From positions 99,870 through 163,869 of the forward strand of contig DF237117.1 of assembly GCA_000708835.1 (NCBI GenBank): a stretch of DNA of 64,000 nucleotides, written 5' to 3'. Position numbers and translations under genes: made by a program. Below, in pieces: positions 50,893 to 62,217 of this stretch. The first letter of the stretch is position 1. Each line of letters starts with the position of its first letter. This stretch comes from Klebsormidium nitens (taxonomy: Eukaryota; Plantae; Klebsormidiophyceae). The notes beneath the pieces were generated by a model. The model was not told where the DNA came from. It made no database searches and saw nothing but the letters and a program-made list of their open reading frames with translations.

Positions 50893-53800
50893 ATGATCGG
50901 GGGCGTCGAGAGCAACCCAGGGTGGCCCACACGGGATCCCGACACCCCGAGCAGCTCGTCCGAACGACCCCTGATTTCCATCTCAACCGCGGCGGTGAGC
51001 AATCTGTCAAGCAGAAGTCGCTCAGAGCTATTCTTGCCTTTTGCCTCCATCTTGCACCCCCAAAAATCATACTGTGATCGGTAGCATCAGCAGAGCATCG
51101 GCAGCGACCGAATGATCCATGATGAGTAAACGGGCAATCCTTGTCATGCAGGAGGTCCAGGAGAGCGGCAGGCCGAAGCCGGTCAGCACTGAGTATTTCG
51201 ATGCGTGGCGAGCAAGCGTGAGTCTCTGCTGCCGTCCAAAATGTGCAATCGTTGACATTGAGCACCCTCATCTTGGTGCGCCCATGCGCCGTCTGGACGC
51301 ACCCATGCTCAGTGAGAAGTTGCATACATAAAGAGTCGATCGATTGTCTGTTGAGTCTTGCACTCCTCTCTCATTCAGCAACCAAACCCAAACTGGGTGG
51401 CAGAAGTGATGCCCCGCTCTGCTGCGCAACCTGCTCAACCCCCGGGACAGGAGCTAACAACTGCGCCTAGCGTCAGCAGAGAGGTCAGTGCCCACATCGA
51501 CAGTCCTCAACAGCGGCGCGGCAGATGCGCTTGGAAAGCTTGCCCTTAAACTCCTCAAATCTGCCCACTTCACCATTCATAAACTCGTCGAAGAATTCAA
51601 TAACATCGTCGTTCGACCAGGCCTCGAACCCTCCCGCTTGCATGAACCATTGAAACAGCCACGGCCAGGATAGATCCCTTGGGTCGTTGCACGTGCCCCT
51701 CTGGCAGAGTCGTGTCATCGCACATGCGGCTACATCCTGGAAGCTCGCTGCTGCCCTCAAAGTCTCTGGATCGGTCTTGGCGCCGAGAGCAAAGACCCTC
51801 TTGATCTGCTCCGGGGTCCGGATCGCACCCCAATTGAAGTACCATTCCATCGTTTGAAGTTGCCTACTCTACGTGTCATTTGCCCCTAAGTCCCTTGCCT
51901 TCTCCCTGCCGTGCAGGAGACGGGCCCCTCCTCCAGCGACCCGCACCAACCTCGCTCCGCTGCTGCCGAGCTGGCACCTACGGTGAGTCCTTTTGGGCTA
52001 GGGGCATGACGACCCTGATCCTATTGCCCTCCACTGTGATCGAACCCCTGTCGCCCCGGTTGGCGCCTTTCCATTTGACGGTCCCGTTCAGCTCGACTCC
52101 CCATGCGGCGAAGAAGTGGGAGATGAGGTACTCCAGCCAGCTCACGTAGTCGTAGAACTTTTCCCCTTTGTCCCAGACTAGAGCGCGCCTGTTGGGTGAC
52201 ACCATCCATTGACAATAGTACGAGGGGTACCTCTCCGAGAGCGAGTCGAATCGCTCACCAATATAAGACGGCTTGAAAATCTCCCTCTCGATCTCGACTG
52301 GGCGCTTCTCGAAAGCCTTGTAAGGTAGTTCAAGGTCGTCTTGGTGGCAATGGTCGTGCACCGCTTCCAAGGTGGCGCTCTCCTCGGCGGTCAAGGGGCG
52401 AGAAAAGACGAAACGGCCGGTGAAGCTGGTGTCGTAACCCATGACCAGATGCCCTTTTAGCGCCAAAGCTTGGCCCTAAGTATGTGGAATACACTTCCTT
52501 CGGTCGAGGTTGTCTTGTCTCTGCGCCCCTTGTCCCTAAACTCCTCACGCTCTTGCTAACTTGCAGGACCCCGGCCCCTCCTCCAGCCGCCCGCATCCTG
52601 ACAACTCCGCTGCAACGGAGCTGGCACCTACGGTGAGTCGAACAATGCCTCGATCCAAATCTCCTCGATTGGGTCCAGCTTGACGAGAATTCGATCGCCA
52701 TCGACCGTAATCGACCCCGTCTCGCCCAAGCGATCCCCCCCCATTGTGACGGTCCCGCTAAGCTGAACTCCCCACGCTGCAAAGTAATGAGAAATCAGGT
52801 ACTTCAACCAGCTCACATAGTCCCTGAAAACACCTTTCTCGTCCCAAAAAAGAGCGCGTTTGTCGTGAGAGACGGTCCATTGGCAGTCAAAAGCGGGAAC
52901 AATCTTGAAGATGTGGAAGTCCTCTCCGGTATATGTGAGCCTGACTCCCTGCCGCTCAATTGTGACCGGGCGCTCTTGATCAGGAGTCACGAAGGGTAGC
53001 TCCAAGCCAGCCTCCGGGCGGTAGTCGTGTACAGCCTCCAATATAGCGCACTCCTTGGTGGTCAGGGGGCGGGAAAATGCGAAGCGGCCTGTGAACTTGG
53101 TGCCAGAGCACATTGTTGTGATGGCCTTTAAGCGCTCAGGCGTTCTCTTAAGTCTGGTGACGCCTCCTGTGAATGAAAACGCGTTTTCAATGCTTGGATG
53201 CAGGAGGTTGCGGGCAGGAAGAGGGGCGCCTCGAGCAGAGAGAGCTCCCCGGCGCCAAGCGGTACCAGGATCCGGATCAGAAGCCCGGACGAAGAAGTAA
53301 GCAACCTGTGTGCCTGTTCTGCGTGCGATTGTTGAAAGGCTTCAAGAGAGGCATGCCGGGGCTGGTCTGCGCAGAGAGGCATAGATTCTGTCTTCATTGC
53401 CGGGCTAAGCACCATGCTGCGCTCACCGTTCTTTGCGAGAAGATTCCGACTGCCAGCTTCTTCGGACGGCCAATGATTCACCAATCACGGTGTATGGTGC
53501 CGCAGGAGGTAGCAGCGACGTCAGATGAAGAGGCCGCCTCCTTCGACATTGAAGAGACGTCGGACGAGACCGAGTCTGACGAGGAGCCCACATCCGAGGA
53601 CGACCGGGGCATCAACGACTCGGCGGTGCCGAATGCTGAGACGCGGGATCTGTACCGGCAGATGGAGATGGAGGAAGCAGCAGCTCGCCTCGAGGAGGAC
53701 GAGACCCCGGATGATGCGCTGGCACCCATGCGGAGGGAGATGCAGAGGAGGCGAGCCCGGGATGAAGCGCCACCGACCTCAATGTGAGTAGCTACGCTTT

Positions 53801-56800
53801 GCCAAGATCGTGACAAGCTGTGCAGGGTCAGTGAGGGTTGCAGCGCACCCGCACTTGGCTTGGTCTGCCGGTGTGTTTACGATGCGCTAGATAGTTGGAA
53901 GCTGGGGCCGGCCATACCCTGTAACTTGAAGGTGTACCAAGAAAGGACCCGTTAGAATCTTATGAAGTAATACAGCGTTTCTTGGTACAGCCCCATGGTG
54001 CGCTGGATGGTCCGAAGCTGGGGCCGGCCATACCCTGTCAAAAATTTGTGTCGCTCAGATGGTGCAACTTCAGTGTACATCAGCCAGTATCTGCCGTCCA
54101 ACACGGACGAACATGTCCTAGGAGTGGGCTTGTCATCCTCTCTTTGCCATTGCGTATCTGCATGCTTCAGTGGAAGGTTGGTCGGCCTGTTGAGTGTTCT
54201 GGTGCTTCAGAATCTGCTTCCTCGATCATTCTCTGTAAAGCGGAAGGCATGGTCAGCAAGGCTTTTCTGGCGCAACACAAAAACCGTCCACCAACGTGGG
54301 CAGATCTCGACAGAATTCATTTGCACCAGGAAGTGACGTTGAACTCTTTCATGAGCACGGTCAAAGGCAAGCCTGAGCTAGTGTTGCAGCGTTCTGATTG
54401 TTCCTACATCGCTCATGCAGACTTGCAATGGCGCGCAAGGACCTTGTGGCGGTGCCCGAGCCTGCTGTGCATTCTGACTCGCTGACTGGCAACGAGGTCT
54501 TCAAGAAGGACGGGTTCCGGGTGCTGCGTGTGCGGGAGCACGGCACCAACTGCTTCCATCAGAGAGGGGCCAACCCAAGGGGCCGCCTCCCCGGCCCAAA
54601 GTTCTTCATGCAGCAGGAGGCTGCGCTGCTGAACCACGAGGCGCAGGTGGTCCTGCACAAATGGGGTGGCACGGTCAGGGATGGGGTGAGGGTCCCGTGG
54701 CGCAGCTTCGCGTCCTATCCAAATTGGGAGACGGCACGGTTGCATCTCGAGGGGCGGCACGGGTCTGTGACGGAGATTATCCAGAACGGGAAGCCCTGTA
54801 AACCCTACCTTGACCTCGACGGGAAGGACGGGCTCCCCTTCAAGCGCAAGCCGGTGATTGGGGCGGACGGGGAGGTTGTGGAGGCGGGGGAGAGGTACCG
54901 GCCGGAGGATGTGACCAGGATCATCGAGAAGTGGGCCGGTATCGTCTTCAAGGAACAGTACGACTGTGAGCTGCATCCGAGCAGCTTTGTCTGGATCGAG
55001 AGCCCGGGCCAGACCAAGTTCAGCCTCCACCTCACGATCAACCAGCTGTCCCCCCGTCAGCTCGTCTTCGGCTCCAACGCCGAGGGGGCTCTCCACTTTG
55101 CGAGGCGCCTCAAGAAGAGGGCGTTCCAGTTTGATCCTGCGGTCGCGGCTCTCATCGACCTGAACGTGTACACAAAGGACCGTAAGTGGCGGACGCCGGG
55201 GAGCGCCAAGGTCGAGAAGCCGGAGAGCGTCCTGTCATACATTGATCCGGCCCATTCCTGGAAGGACGCTCTGGTGACTTGGCTGGAGCCCCCTGAGGTG
55301 AGCGCCCAAGATCCACACTCGCCACTCGCTAGGTCGGTCATCTCTCAGGGTTCTTCTCTCAGGCCTGTTACTTCTTCAGAATTTATACGGCCCTTCCTGC
55401 TTCGAAGCGGATTTTGCGCTTGATGGGCTACCCGGCCATACCCGCAGGATGTACCAGAAAAGGCCCATTAGATTCTCAAGAAAGTAATACAGCGTTTCTT
55501 GGTACAAACTGTGGATTTTGCGGCAAGTCTGAGCAGTCTTTTCTTGAAGCGCGGCCTTCACAATTGCACAATTGCAGACTGTGAAACTTAGGGGATTCGT
55601 TGCCTTTGATGCACACGGTTTATTGCAGCACGACAGTGCAAGGTTTCCTCTGATTGACGAATTGTCTTGACCTTCTTCCCGGCATCCTCCTCACATTTTG
55701 ACGGGGCGACTTAGTTTTGGCACGAATGCGCTCGTAATCAGCTGCCGTCGTGCTGTACTGCAGGCCCGTGACGAGGTCAAGCTGCCATTCGAAGTGCCCC
55801 AAAGGCTCCACGAGAAGTTCAGCAACCCTCGTGTCATGTCCGAACGGGGCACAGAGCGCAGCTCGAAGAACGAGGAGTTCGTCAAGGCCCGCATGCTAGC
55901 GCTGCTCAGGGAGCGCTTGCACCCTAGCGCTTACGAGGAGGGCCCAGATCGCTATAATTACAGCGATCGGACGGAGCCGTGCTACACGGGTCGGATCCAC
56001 GAGAACCGCCAGAATCTAACCTGTCACCTCAACCCGAACGGCAAGATCTATGCTCTGTGTTTCAGCCAAAACACTGAGGGTGGGGACTCAGACGTTCCCT
56101 GTGTCGAGAGGGCGTACTGCCTGGGGGACCTGTTCGAGGACAACATCTCGTACGAGACGGGCGCCGTCAAGGTAGACATGGAGCACCTGACGCGTGTCCC
56201 TGGCGCGTCGACCCCTGAGCTCGTGGCCGAAGTAGCAGCGGGGCGGAGGATGCCGGACGATCTGATGAAGCTAAACACCGTCGCCAACGAGTAAGTAGTC
56301 GCCAAATGAGTAGGTATTGTGATGTGACAAGCTTTCAGAATCTGCTAGGTTGGCAAGCTCTGGTTTCGGCCGCAAACCCACGTGGCGAAAATTGGGGACA
56401 ACGTGGAACATGTTGCGAGACTTGCGGCGCTTCCGGGGCGCTCACCTTTACAAGGAGCTTTTCTTGTACCGTATGTCTGTTTTCATGATTACGTGCTGTA
56501 TCAGCGGGCGCTCCTTGGCGCCCACCTACTGTCAGGGTTCCTTTTTCCCACCAGGGTTTCTTTCTTTGCCACAAGCCTGCGTGCAGAACCTGACGATTGT
56601 CCTCCTGTCACGTGACAGGAGGTCACGTGTCCTCCTTTCAAGGCATTTACGACCACTATTTAATGGCACGTCTCTGTTCTAAGACCAACGCAGAGCTGCA
56701 AGCTTTCAAGTTCAGGCCGTATACATCAAGTTCTGAACGCTTACCTACCATTCGGAGCTGCTTGCCGGTGTATTCATCACGTACGAAACAAGAGGTCACT

Positions 56801-59800
56801 GCATAGCCAACCTTTGTTGAGATCGTTGGCCTAATTCCTTCCTCAGAGTGTGTCAGGTCGTGTTGACAACTCTGTGGTCGACACGTGCAGGTGGATCGAT
56901 GGCAGATTCCGCTTGCTCGGCATCCGGTCGGGCGTGAACACTGGCAAGACGGTGTTCTGCGGGGCGGTTGGGGACGAGCTCTGGCAAGCGAGCGGCCGCG
57001 CCCACACGTCGATCATGATCACGTACCGAGTGGCCCAGGCTCAAGACCTCAAAGCGCGCTTTCCCCGCACCGCAAACTACCTCGACCTGAAGGCCGACTA
57101 CGATCACAAGAACGTGTGGTTCCCGGATTCCGACAACAAGCACAACCTCCTAACAGCTCTGCAGTCTCGAAAGGACTTTCCCGAAATCGTGGTTCAGGTG
57201 GACAGCCTCCTAAACCTCCGGCGGGGCAGCATTGGCGAGGTGGCCCCGTTCGATCTCGTGATCCTCGACGAGGTGGCGAGCATCCTGGCGCACCTCTCCG
57301 CGGCGACCGTGAGGAACGGGATGGAGACCAGTGAGCTGTTCCTGGAGATTGTGCAGCGGGCGAAGCGCGTGTTGGCCATGGACGATGGGTACGGGCAGCG
57401 GGAGCACGACTTCTTCCGGCTTGCACACGTGCCCGGGAAACTCGTCATCAACACAAGAAGGGCAGCGGTAAGCCCCTCGAAAAATCCGTCTGATTAGTGT
57501 TGCCAGCTTTGAAAGGAGTACTGCTGAAATTCTGGCCCGTTCGGATGCTGTGCGCTTTGAAGTGCCCAAAATGCAGCATGCCTTGCTTTGGCCGCTCCCT
57601 TGATGCACCTGAGAGGGTTGGAGCGGAATTGCGAATCAGAAATCTTGGGCCTTCTGCCAGGCCCTTTCCTTGAGTTCCCCTAAGCAATTGTGTTGCGTTA
57701 ATCACCTTAGAGGCAGCACCTCTTGAACCACTTATGGGGCCCGGCCATACCGTCACTTAAGTACCAATGGAAGTTGTGTTTCATAGCGCAGCCGGTTCAC
57801 TTCTGGAATCAAGGACGGGCCAGTGAAACATGCTCTTTCACATACATTCAGCCCACAGCGCGCTCATTTCTTTTACCGCTTTATGCGCAGGTGCCTCTAA
57901 CGTTCCATGTCGGTCAGGATGAGAAGAAGTGGTTGGATCGGATCGTCGAGGATCTCGCAGCCGGCAAGAACGTGGTCGTCGTGAGCATGTCGGCGAAAGT
58001 CTTGGACCGTATCTGGGACCGGGTCACCTCGGACCATGCGCTTCGGCTCGCAGACACAGACATCCTCATCCACAAGGCCTTGAGCGGGGGCGAAACGACG
58101 GCTCTCCTGAAGAACGTTGCAGAGAATTGGAAGGTTCGCCTGCTCATGTACAGCCCCACCGTTGAGGCTGGCGTGAACTTCGATATTCCCTGGTTCCATA
58201 CCAAGTTCCTCTACATGTGCAAGATGAGGACGACAGCTCGGGCGGCCTGGCAGGCGACGCTGCGGGTGCGGAAATCGGAGAGCCCGCTGATCCACTGCTA
58301 CGTCCAGTCGTCCATCTCCGTGATGCTCGACTGTGCGCAGGAGATCCCGGCCACGCGACTCTGCGCTCTGGATCAGCAGGTGAGCAGATTGCTTTTGGTA
58401 TCTTGCTCTTCCAGATTATTCGCTTGATGTTGAGCACTTATTTTTGGATCGTACTCAATCTGCAGAAGCCACTTGCCCTTTGCCTTTTGCTGCTTCAGGT
58501 CACTGGCTTGATGTTGAGCACATCCCTTTGGATCGTGCTTACTCTGCAGAAGCTACTTGCCTTTCTTTCAAGCTGACGTCTGCATCTCCGAATCTGGGGT
58601 GCTATCAGGGACTTAACCTAGTTTTGACGTGCAGGGAACGACGGCTATGGCACCGCATGCTTTGGACGCGGACGACGAGTCTGCTTTGCAGGTATTGTTC
58701 CATCTCATCTGTCTTTCTCATTATGCGCACCGCTTCTTTTCTTGCTCGAGTCGAGCCATGCAACGCACAGCTATTCAGGTCTGATCGACTAAGCATGTGC
58801 TCCGAATGCTGCTTTGACGGCCCTCCAGGATTACTTGTTTGCAGATGTGCTGACAATGCTGCCTGAGTAACGTGCCCCATTGCTGGAAAACAGAGATGAC
58901 TAATCTTCTCTTCACTCGCAGGATGCTGATGGCGACCGCTTGGACCAGCAAGTGGCCGCTGATTCCCCTCTCAATCGGGCGTCCGGTTCCCAGTCTGGCG
59001 TAGGGGCCTCCTCTGGCCAACATTCTGGACGAACCAAGGTGGGTGGGAAGTGAAGATCATTGTGCCTGCCTTAAACTCTGTCCGACAGTCCGACTCTGCA
59101 TGGCTTTGCAAAGCACACAATGAGCTGCAAGTCTTCATACAGAGCGCAACAATTTTGTGAGGCCCATTTCAGTCCTTGGCCGATTCTGCATTGCCTCGTT
59201 TGGGGCCAATTCCTCTGGCGCTTGGTTTGGTGGGCTACTTTCGTGNNNNNNNNNNNNNNNNNNNNNNNNNNNNNNNNNNNNNNNNNNNNNNNNNNNNNNN
59301 NNNNNNNNNNNNNNNNNNNNNNNNNNNNNNNNNNNNNNNNNNNNNNNNNNNNNNNNNNNNNNNNNNNNNNNNNNNNNNNNNNNNNNNNNNNNNNNNNNNN
59401 NNNNNNNNNNNNNNNNNNNNNNNNNNNNNNNNNNNNNNNNNNNNNNNNNNNNNNNNNNNNNNNNNNNNNNNNNNNNNNNNNNNNNNNNNNNNNNNNNNNN
59501 NNNNNNNNNNNNNNNNNNNNNNNNNNNNNNNNNNNNNNNNNNNNNNNNNNNNNNNNNNNNNNNNNNNNNNNNNNNNNNNNNNNNNNNNNNNNNNNNNNNN
59601 NNNNNNNNNNNNNNNNNNNNNNNNNNNNNNNNNNNNNNNNNNNNNNNNNNNNNNNNNNNNNNNNNNNNNNNNNNNNNNNNNNNNNNNNNNNNNNNNNNNN
59701 NNNNNNNNNNNNNNNNNNNNNNNNNNNNNNNNNNNNNNNNNNNNNNNNNNNNNNNNNNNNNNNNNNNNNNNNNNNNNNNNNNNNNNNNNNNNNNNNNNNN

Positions 59801-61346
59801 NNNNNNNNNNNNNNNNNNNNNNNNNNNNNNNNNNNNNNNNNNNNNNNNNNNNNNNNNNNNNNNNNNNNGGGGCCCAGTTTGAGGCGGCTTCAGAGGCTAG
59901 CTTTGTTCAGGCGCTCGGTTTGGTGGGCTACTTTCTTGGGGCCCAGTTTGAGGCCTGTTCAGAAGCTAGCTTTATTGAAGGCATATTTTGGGGGCAGTCT
60001 TATGAGGGCCATTTTCGGAGTTTCTGGGCAACCTCCAAACCCGATAATGATGACAACATCGACTGATGGCAGAGCTGTGATGAATGGTTTCTCCCAAGTC
60101 TGGTTTCTCCCAAGGTTTCTTTCTGCAGGGACTCTTCGCCCCCCCGCGGTGCGTGACCACGGCGGAGACGCTGCATTTTCTGCAAGCTTGCAACAGCGAA
60201 GTGACGGCTGCATGGAGGCGAGTCCCGTCGAGAACCGAGGACCCGGGCAAAGTTGTCCGGCTGATCGAGGACGGCCCCCTCTTCCGGACGTTCGCGCATA
60301 CGGAAGCAGAGCGGCGGAACTCGGACACGCGCCTGCTTCACGAATTCCAGCTGCAAGTCTCGCGAGCCGGCCACGTGGTGGAGCTCGAGCAACCCGAAAA
60401 GCTTTCGAAAAAGAGCAAGAGTCGGAAAGGGCTAGACGCAGAGGCGTTAGCGATCATCGGGGCGAGGGCGATCAGTGCGGCGGAGTTTGAGGTGTTGAGA
60501 AGGTTGCGAGACACGAAGAGGGACAGGGGGTCGCAGAGTGTCGAGGTGATGAGGTACGAGGCCTGCCAGTTCTACGGCCTCAAGGACCTTGACGAGCACT
60601 TTTCCAAGGAGACGAAGGCCGAGTACAAGCCCCCGTTCTCAAAGAAGCTCGACTTTATGCTAAAGGTGCTACTTCCAGGGCGGTTCCTCGACAAGGGGGC
60701 GGTGGCCCGCCAGAGTCTCGAGGTCAAGATGGTGGAGACCGCGCGGGGGCTTCTCAAGGACTTGGGCCTGGCGCATGCGTTTGACGTGGACGGTGAAACG
60801 CGCTCGCTCCTTGCAGGCGGACTCAAAGGCAGGCTATTGCGATCAGACCTGTTCAAGGGTCGCCCTACGCAGGTTGGTTCAAAGACCACAATGTCGGAGA
60901 AGCCCGTTTCCGAGATGTTCCGGATCCAGTTGCCGGCGCCCAAAGAGGGAAAAGTTGAACTCGATCCCGTCCAGTTCAAGGCGGTGATGAACGTTGTGCT
61001 CGGACACATGGGCCTCAAGCTTGGGAAGGCGATTGAGGTGAGCCGCCCGCGACGAGGGAAGGGGAAGCAGCACGAGTCGGCGTCCGGGAACAGCGATTAC
61101 AAGTACAAGCTGGAGCGGAAGTACGTTCTCAGGATGGCAAAGCTCGTCAAGCTGCAGTTTCGAGAAGTCCCTCGAGTCTGGCAGCATCGGAGACAGCTGG
61201 AGCCTGCAGTCCGAGCGTTCCTCAACGAGGTAGATGCCAGCGATCTGGATCATTTGTTGAGCAGGCCCTCCGGTCACCCTTTGATAGAGGATTTGAGCTC
61301 ACCAACAGGCGAGGAGAGTCCTGAGTGTATGATTGTGATTCGGTGA
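50893..61346 (+). CDS. Spliced AEP (PrimPol/NCLDV-herpes type) primase - Zn finger - UL9/origin-binding-protein-like SF2 helicase fusion; about 1600 aa, 15-exon model
   Basis: Exons 50893-50994, 51152-51217, 51379-51483, 51917-51982, 52567-52632, 53204-53296, 53506-53783, 54421-55297, 55764-56290, 56349-56470, 56857-57467, 57891-58379, 58635-58691, 58922-59038 and 60129-61346 (4794 nt, in phase). AEP motifs: KPYLDLD, KFSLH, IDLNVYTKDRKWRTPGS. Zn motif: CYTGRIH...CFS...C. SF2 motifs: SGVNTGKT, ITYRVAQ, VILDEVASILAHL, LAMD, AGKNVVVVS, YSPTVEAGVNFD, QATLRVR. The core from 54421 is secure; the upstream small exons are less so. Confidence 0.8.
51485..51850 (-). CDS. Intronless hypothetical protein (121 aa), nested antisense in intron 3 of the primase-helicase
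   Basis: ATG-started ORF with coding-like composition that fills the intron 51484-51916; no family recognised. Confidence 0.5.
   Translation of the reverse strand: MEWYFNWGAIRTPEQIKRVFALGAKTDPETLRAAASFQDVAACAMTRLCQRGTCNDPRDLSWPWLFQWFMQAGGFEAWSNDDVIEFFDEFMNGEVGRFEEFKGKLSKRICRAAVEDCRCGH
51978..52442 (-). CDS. Intronless phage/bacterial-like hypothetical protein (154 aa), paralog 1
   Basis: MGYDTSFTGRF.FSRPLT...CQW.VS....L.WDKGEKFYDYVSWLEYLISHFFAAWGVELNGTVKW.G..RGDRGSITV. Clear paralog of the ORF at 52628-53113; the pattern is recalled from prokaryotic hypothetical proteins. Confidence 0.75.
   Translation of the reverse strand: MGYDTSFTGRFVFSRPLTAEESATLEAVHDHCHQDDLELPYKAFEKRPVEIEREIFKPSYIGERFDSLSERYPSYYCQWMVSPNRRALVWDKGEKFYDYVSWLEYLISHFFAAWGVELNGTVKWKGANRGDRGSITVEGNRIRVVMPLAQKDSP
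52628..53113 (-). CDS. Intronless hypothetical protein (161 aa), paralog 2
   Basis: Aligns along its full length with 51978-52442 (FTGRF.FSRPLT, CQW.VS, DYVSWL.YLISH.FAAWGV.L.GTV, GSITV.G.RI). Confidence 0.75.
   Translation of the reverse strand: MCSGTKFTGRFAFSRPLTTKECAILEAVHDYRPEAGLELPFVTPDQERPVTIERQGVRLTYTGEDFHIFKIVPAFDCQWTVSHDKRALFWDEKGVFRDYVSWLKYLISHYFAAWGVQLSGTVTMGGDRLGETGSITVDGDRILVKLDPIEEIWIEALFDSP
53932..53989 (-). repeat. Solo inverted-orientation copy of the palindromic repeat in a primase-helicase intron
   Basis: GTGTACCAAGAAAGG...TATGAAGTAATACAGCGTTTCTTGGTACA preceded by GGCCATACCCTG. Confidence 0.85.
55450..55506 (-). repeat. Solo inverted-orientation copy of the palindromic repeat in a primase-helicase intron
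   Basis: TGTACCAGAAAAGG...AAGAAAGTAATACAGCGTTTCTTGGTACA preceded by GGCCATACCCGCAG. Confidence 0.85.
59205..59975 (+). repeat. Tandem repeat (about 69 bp) spanning an assembly gap (N 59246-59868) in the last primase-helicase intron
   Basis: GCGCT(C/T)GGTTTGGTGGGCTACTTTC occurs on both sides of the gap; GGGGCCCAGTTTGAGGC occurs at 59869 and 59938. Confidence 0.7.
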
Positions 61347-61941
61347 TTATTGGGAGAATGAAGTAATTGTAACATATTGAGGTTCTCAAATGCGTCAAAG
61401 ATGGACAAGGGTATAGACAGGGCTGAATGCGAACCAATTTAGAATTGTCGCATTCGATTATGTTTAAGCATGAAGTACTAAGGTATGACACAAATAGTGG
61501 CCCAAAGGTAGCGGTGTTCCTACTGAGAGGAAGATAGTTGATGTATGATATTGGAAATCACAACTCTGTGCAATCGTATATGAGACATGCAACGAAACCC
61601 TCAATGTGCACCGTCTGGCCAACTTTTCGAATAGTGTAGTGCTGCATGCGGACTCAATTGCCAATCTCATGCCAAGCGATTATGTTGCATGAGAATGACG
61701 GATTAGCCGTCAATTTGTACTGATTATGCTCAAAGCTTCTCTGTGTAGCACTCTAGTGTGATCGACAGACTTATATCGGACCACTTTCTCAAAAACTTCA
61801 TGTAAACGACTGCGCAATGCAGATCGGATTGAGATCTCCATACCTGACACTTTCTTCATTTGAAGATGGTCAAGCTCGTCCTTCGCATACATACTTAAGG
61901 TGAGGGTTTGGAGGCCAAATATACAAATCTTGTGTCTTTCA

Positions 61942-62217
61942 ATGGAGCAGCTTCCGGGTGGACGAACGCTATGTCGAGCTGTTGGGGTTAGCTTCGAAGG
62001 CCGTCAAGAACGTGTTCGCAAGCTCCGACCCGGACAGAAGCTCGTGCTTCGCAAGCATTCGGGAAATGGGTATAACGTATATGCGGTTGGGATTTTCGAC
62101 CCAGCGGATCGGGAGAATCCTTTGGGGTTCGTTGCGCGCGACATCAAGGATCATAAAGTGTTCGAGATGGTCCGCCAAAGATCGGAGATGCCGGCACAAG
62201 TGCACCGCGTGAGTTAA
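61942..62217 (+). CDS. Stand-alone HIRAN-domain protein (3' end possibly spliced or disrupted)
   Basis: AVGVSFEGRQERVRKLRPGQKLVLRKHSGNGYNVYAVGIF...LGFVAR matches HIRAN hallmarks (vvG..y, L.l.rEp.N.yD..Av.v, lGyvpr). Confidence 0.75.
   Translation: MEQLPGGRTLCRAVGVSFEGRQERVRKLRPGQKLVLRKHSGNGYNVYAVGIFDPADRENPLGFVARDIKDHKVFEMVRQRSEMPAQVHRVS

Noticed and set aside
53297-53505. RING-like Cys/His pattern (CLFC...CAERHRFCLHC..HH...C) in ORF 53173-53787
   Set aside because: It falls in an intron of the phase-consistent primase model (GTAAG at 53297, CAG at 53505), and the phase needed to include it hits a TGA in exon 52567-52632. It could still be an alternative product, but is unsupported.
49214-60490. 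Long ORFs of 160-456 aa in the track around 49.2-50.3 kb and 59.1-60.5 kb
   Set aside because: They are artefacts of reading through N runs and tandem repeats.
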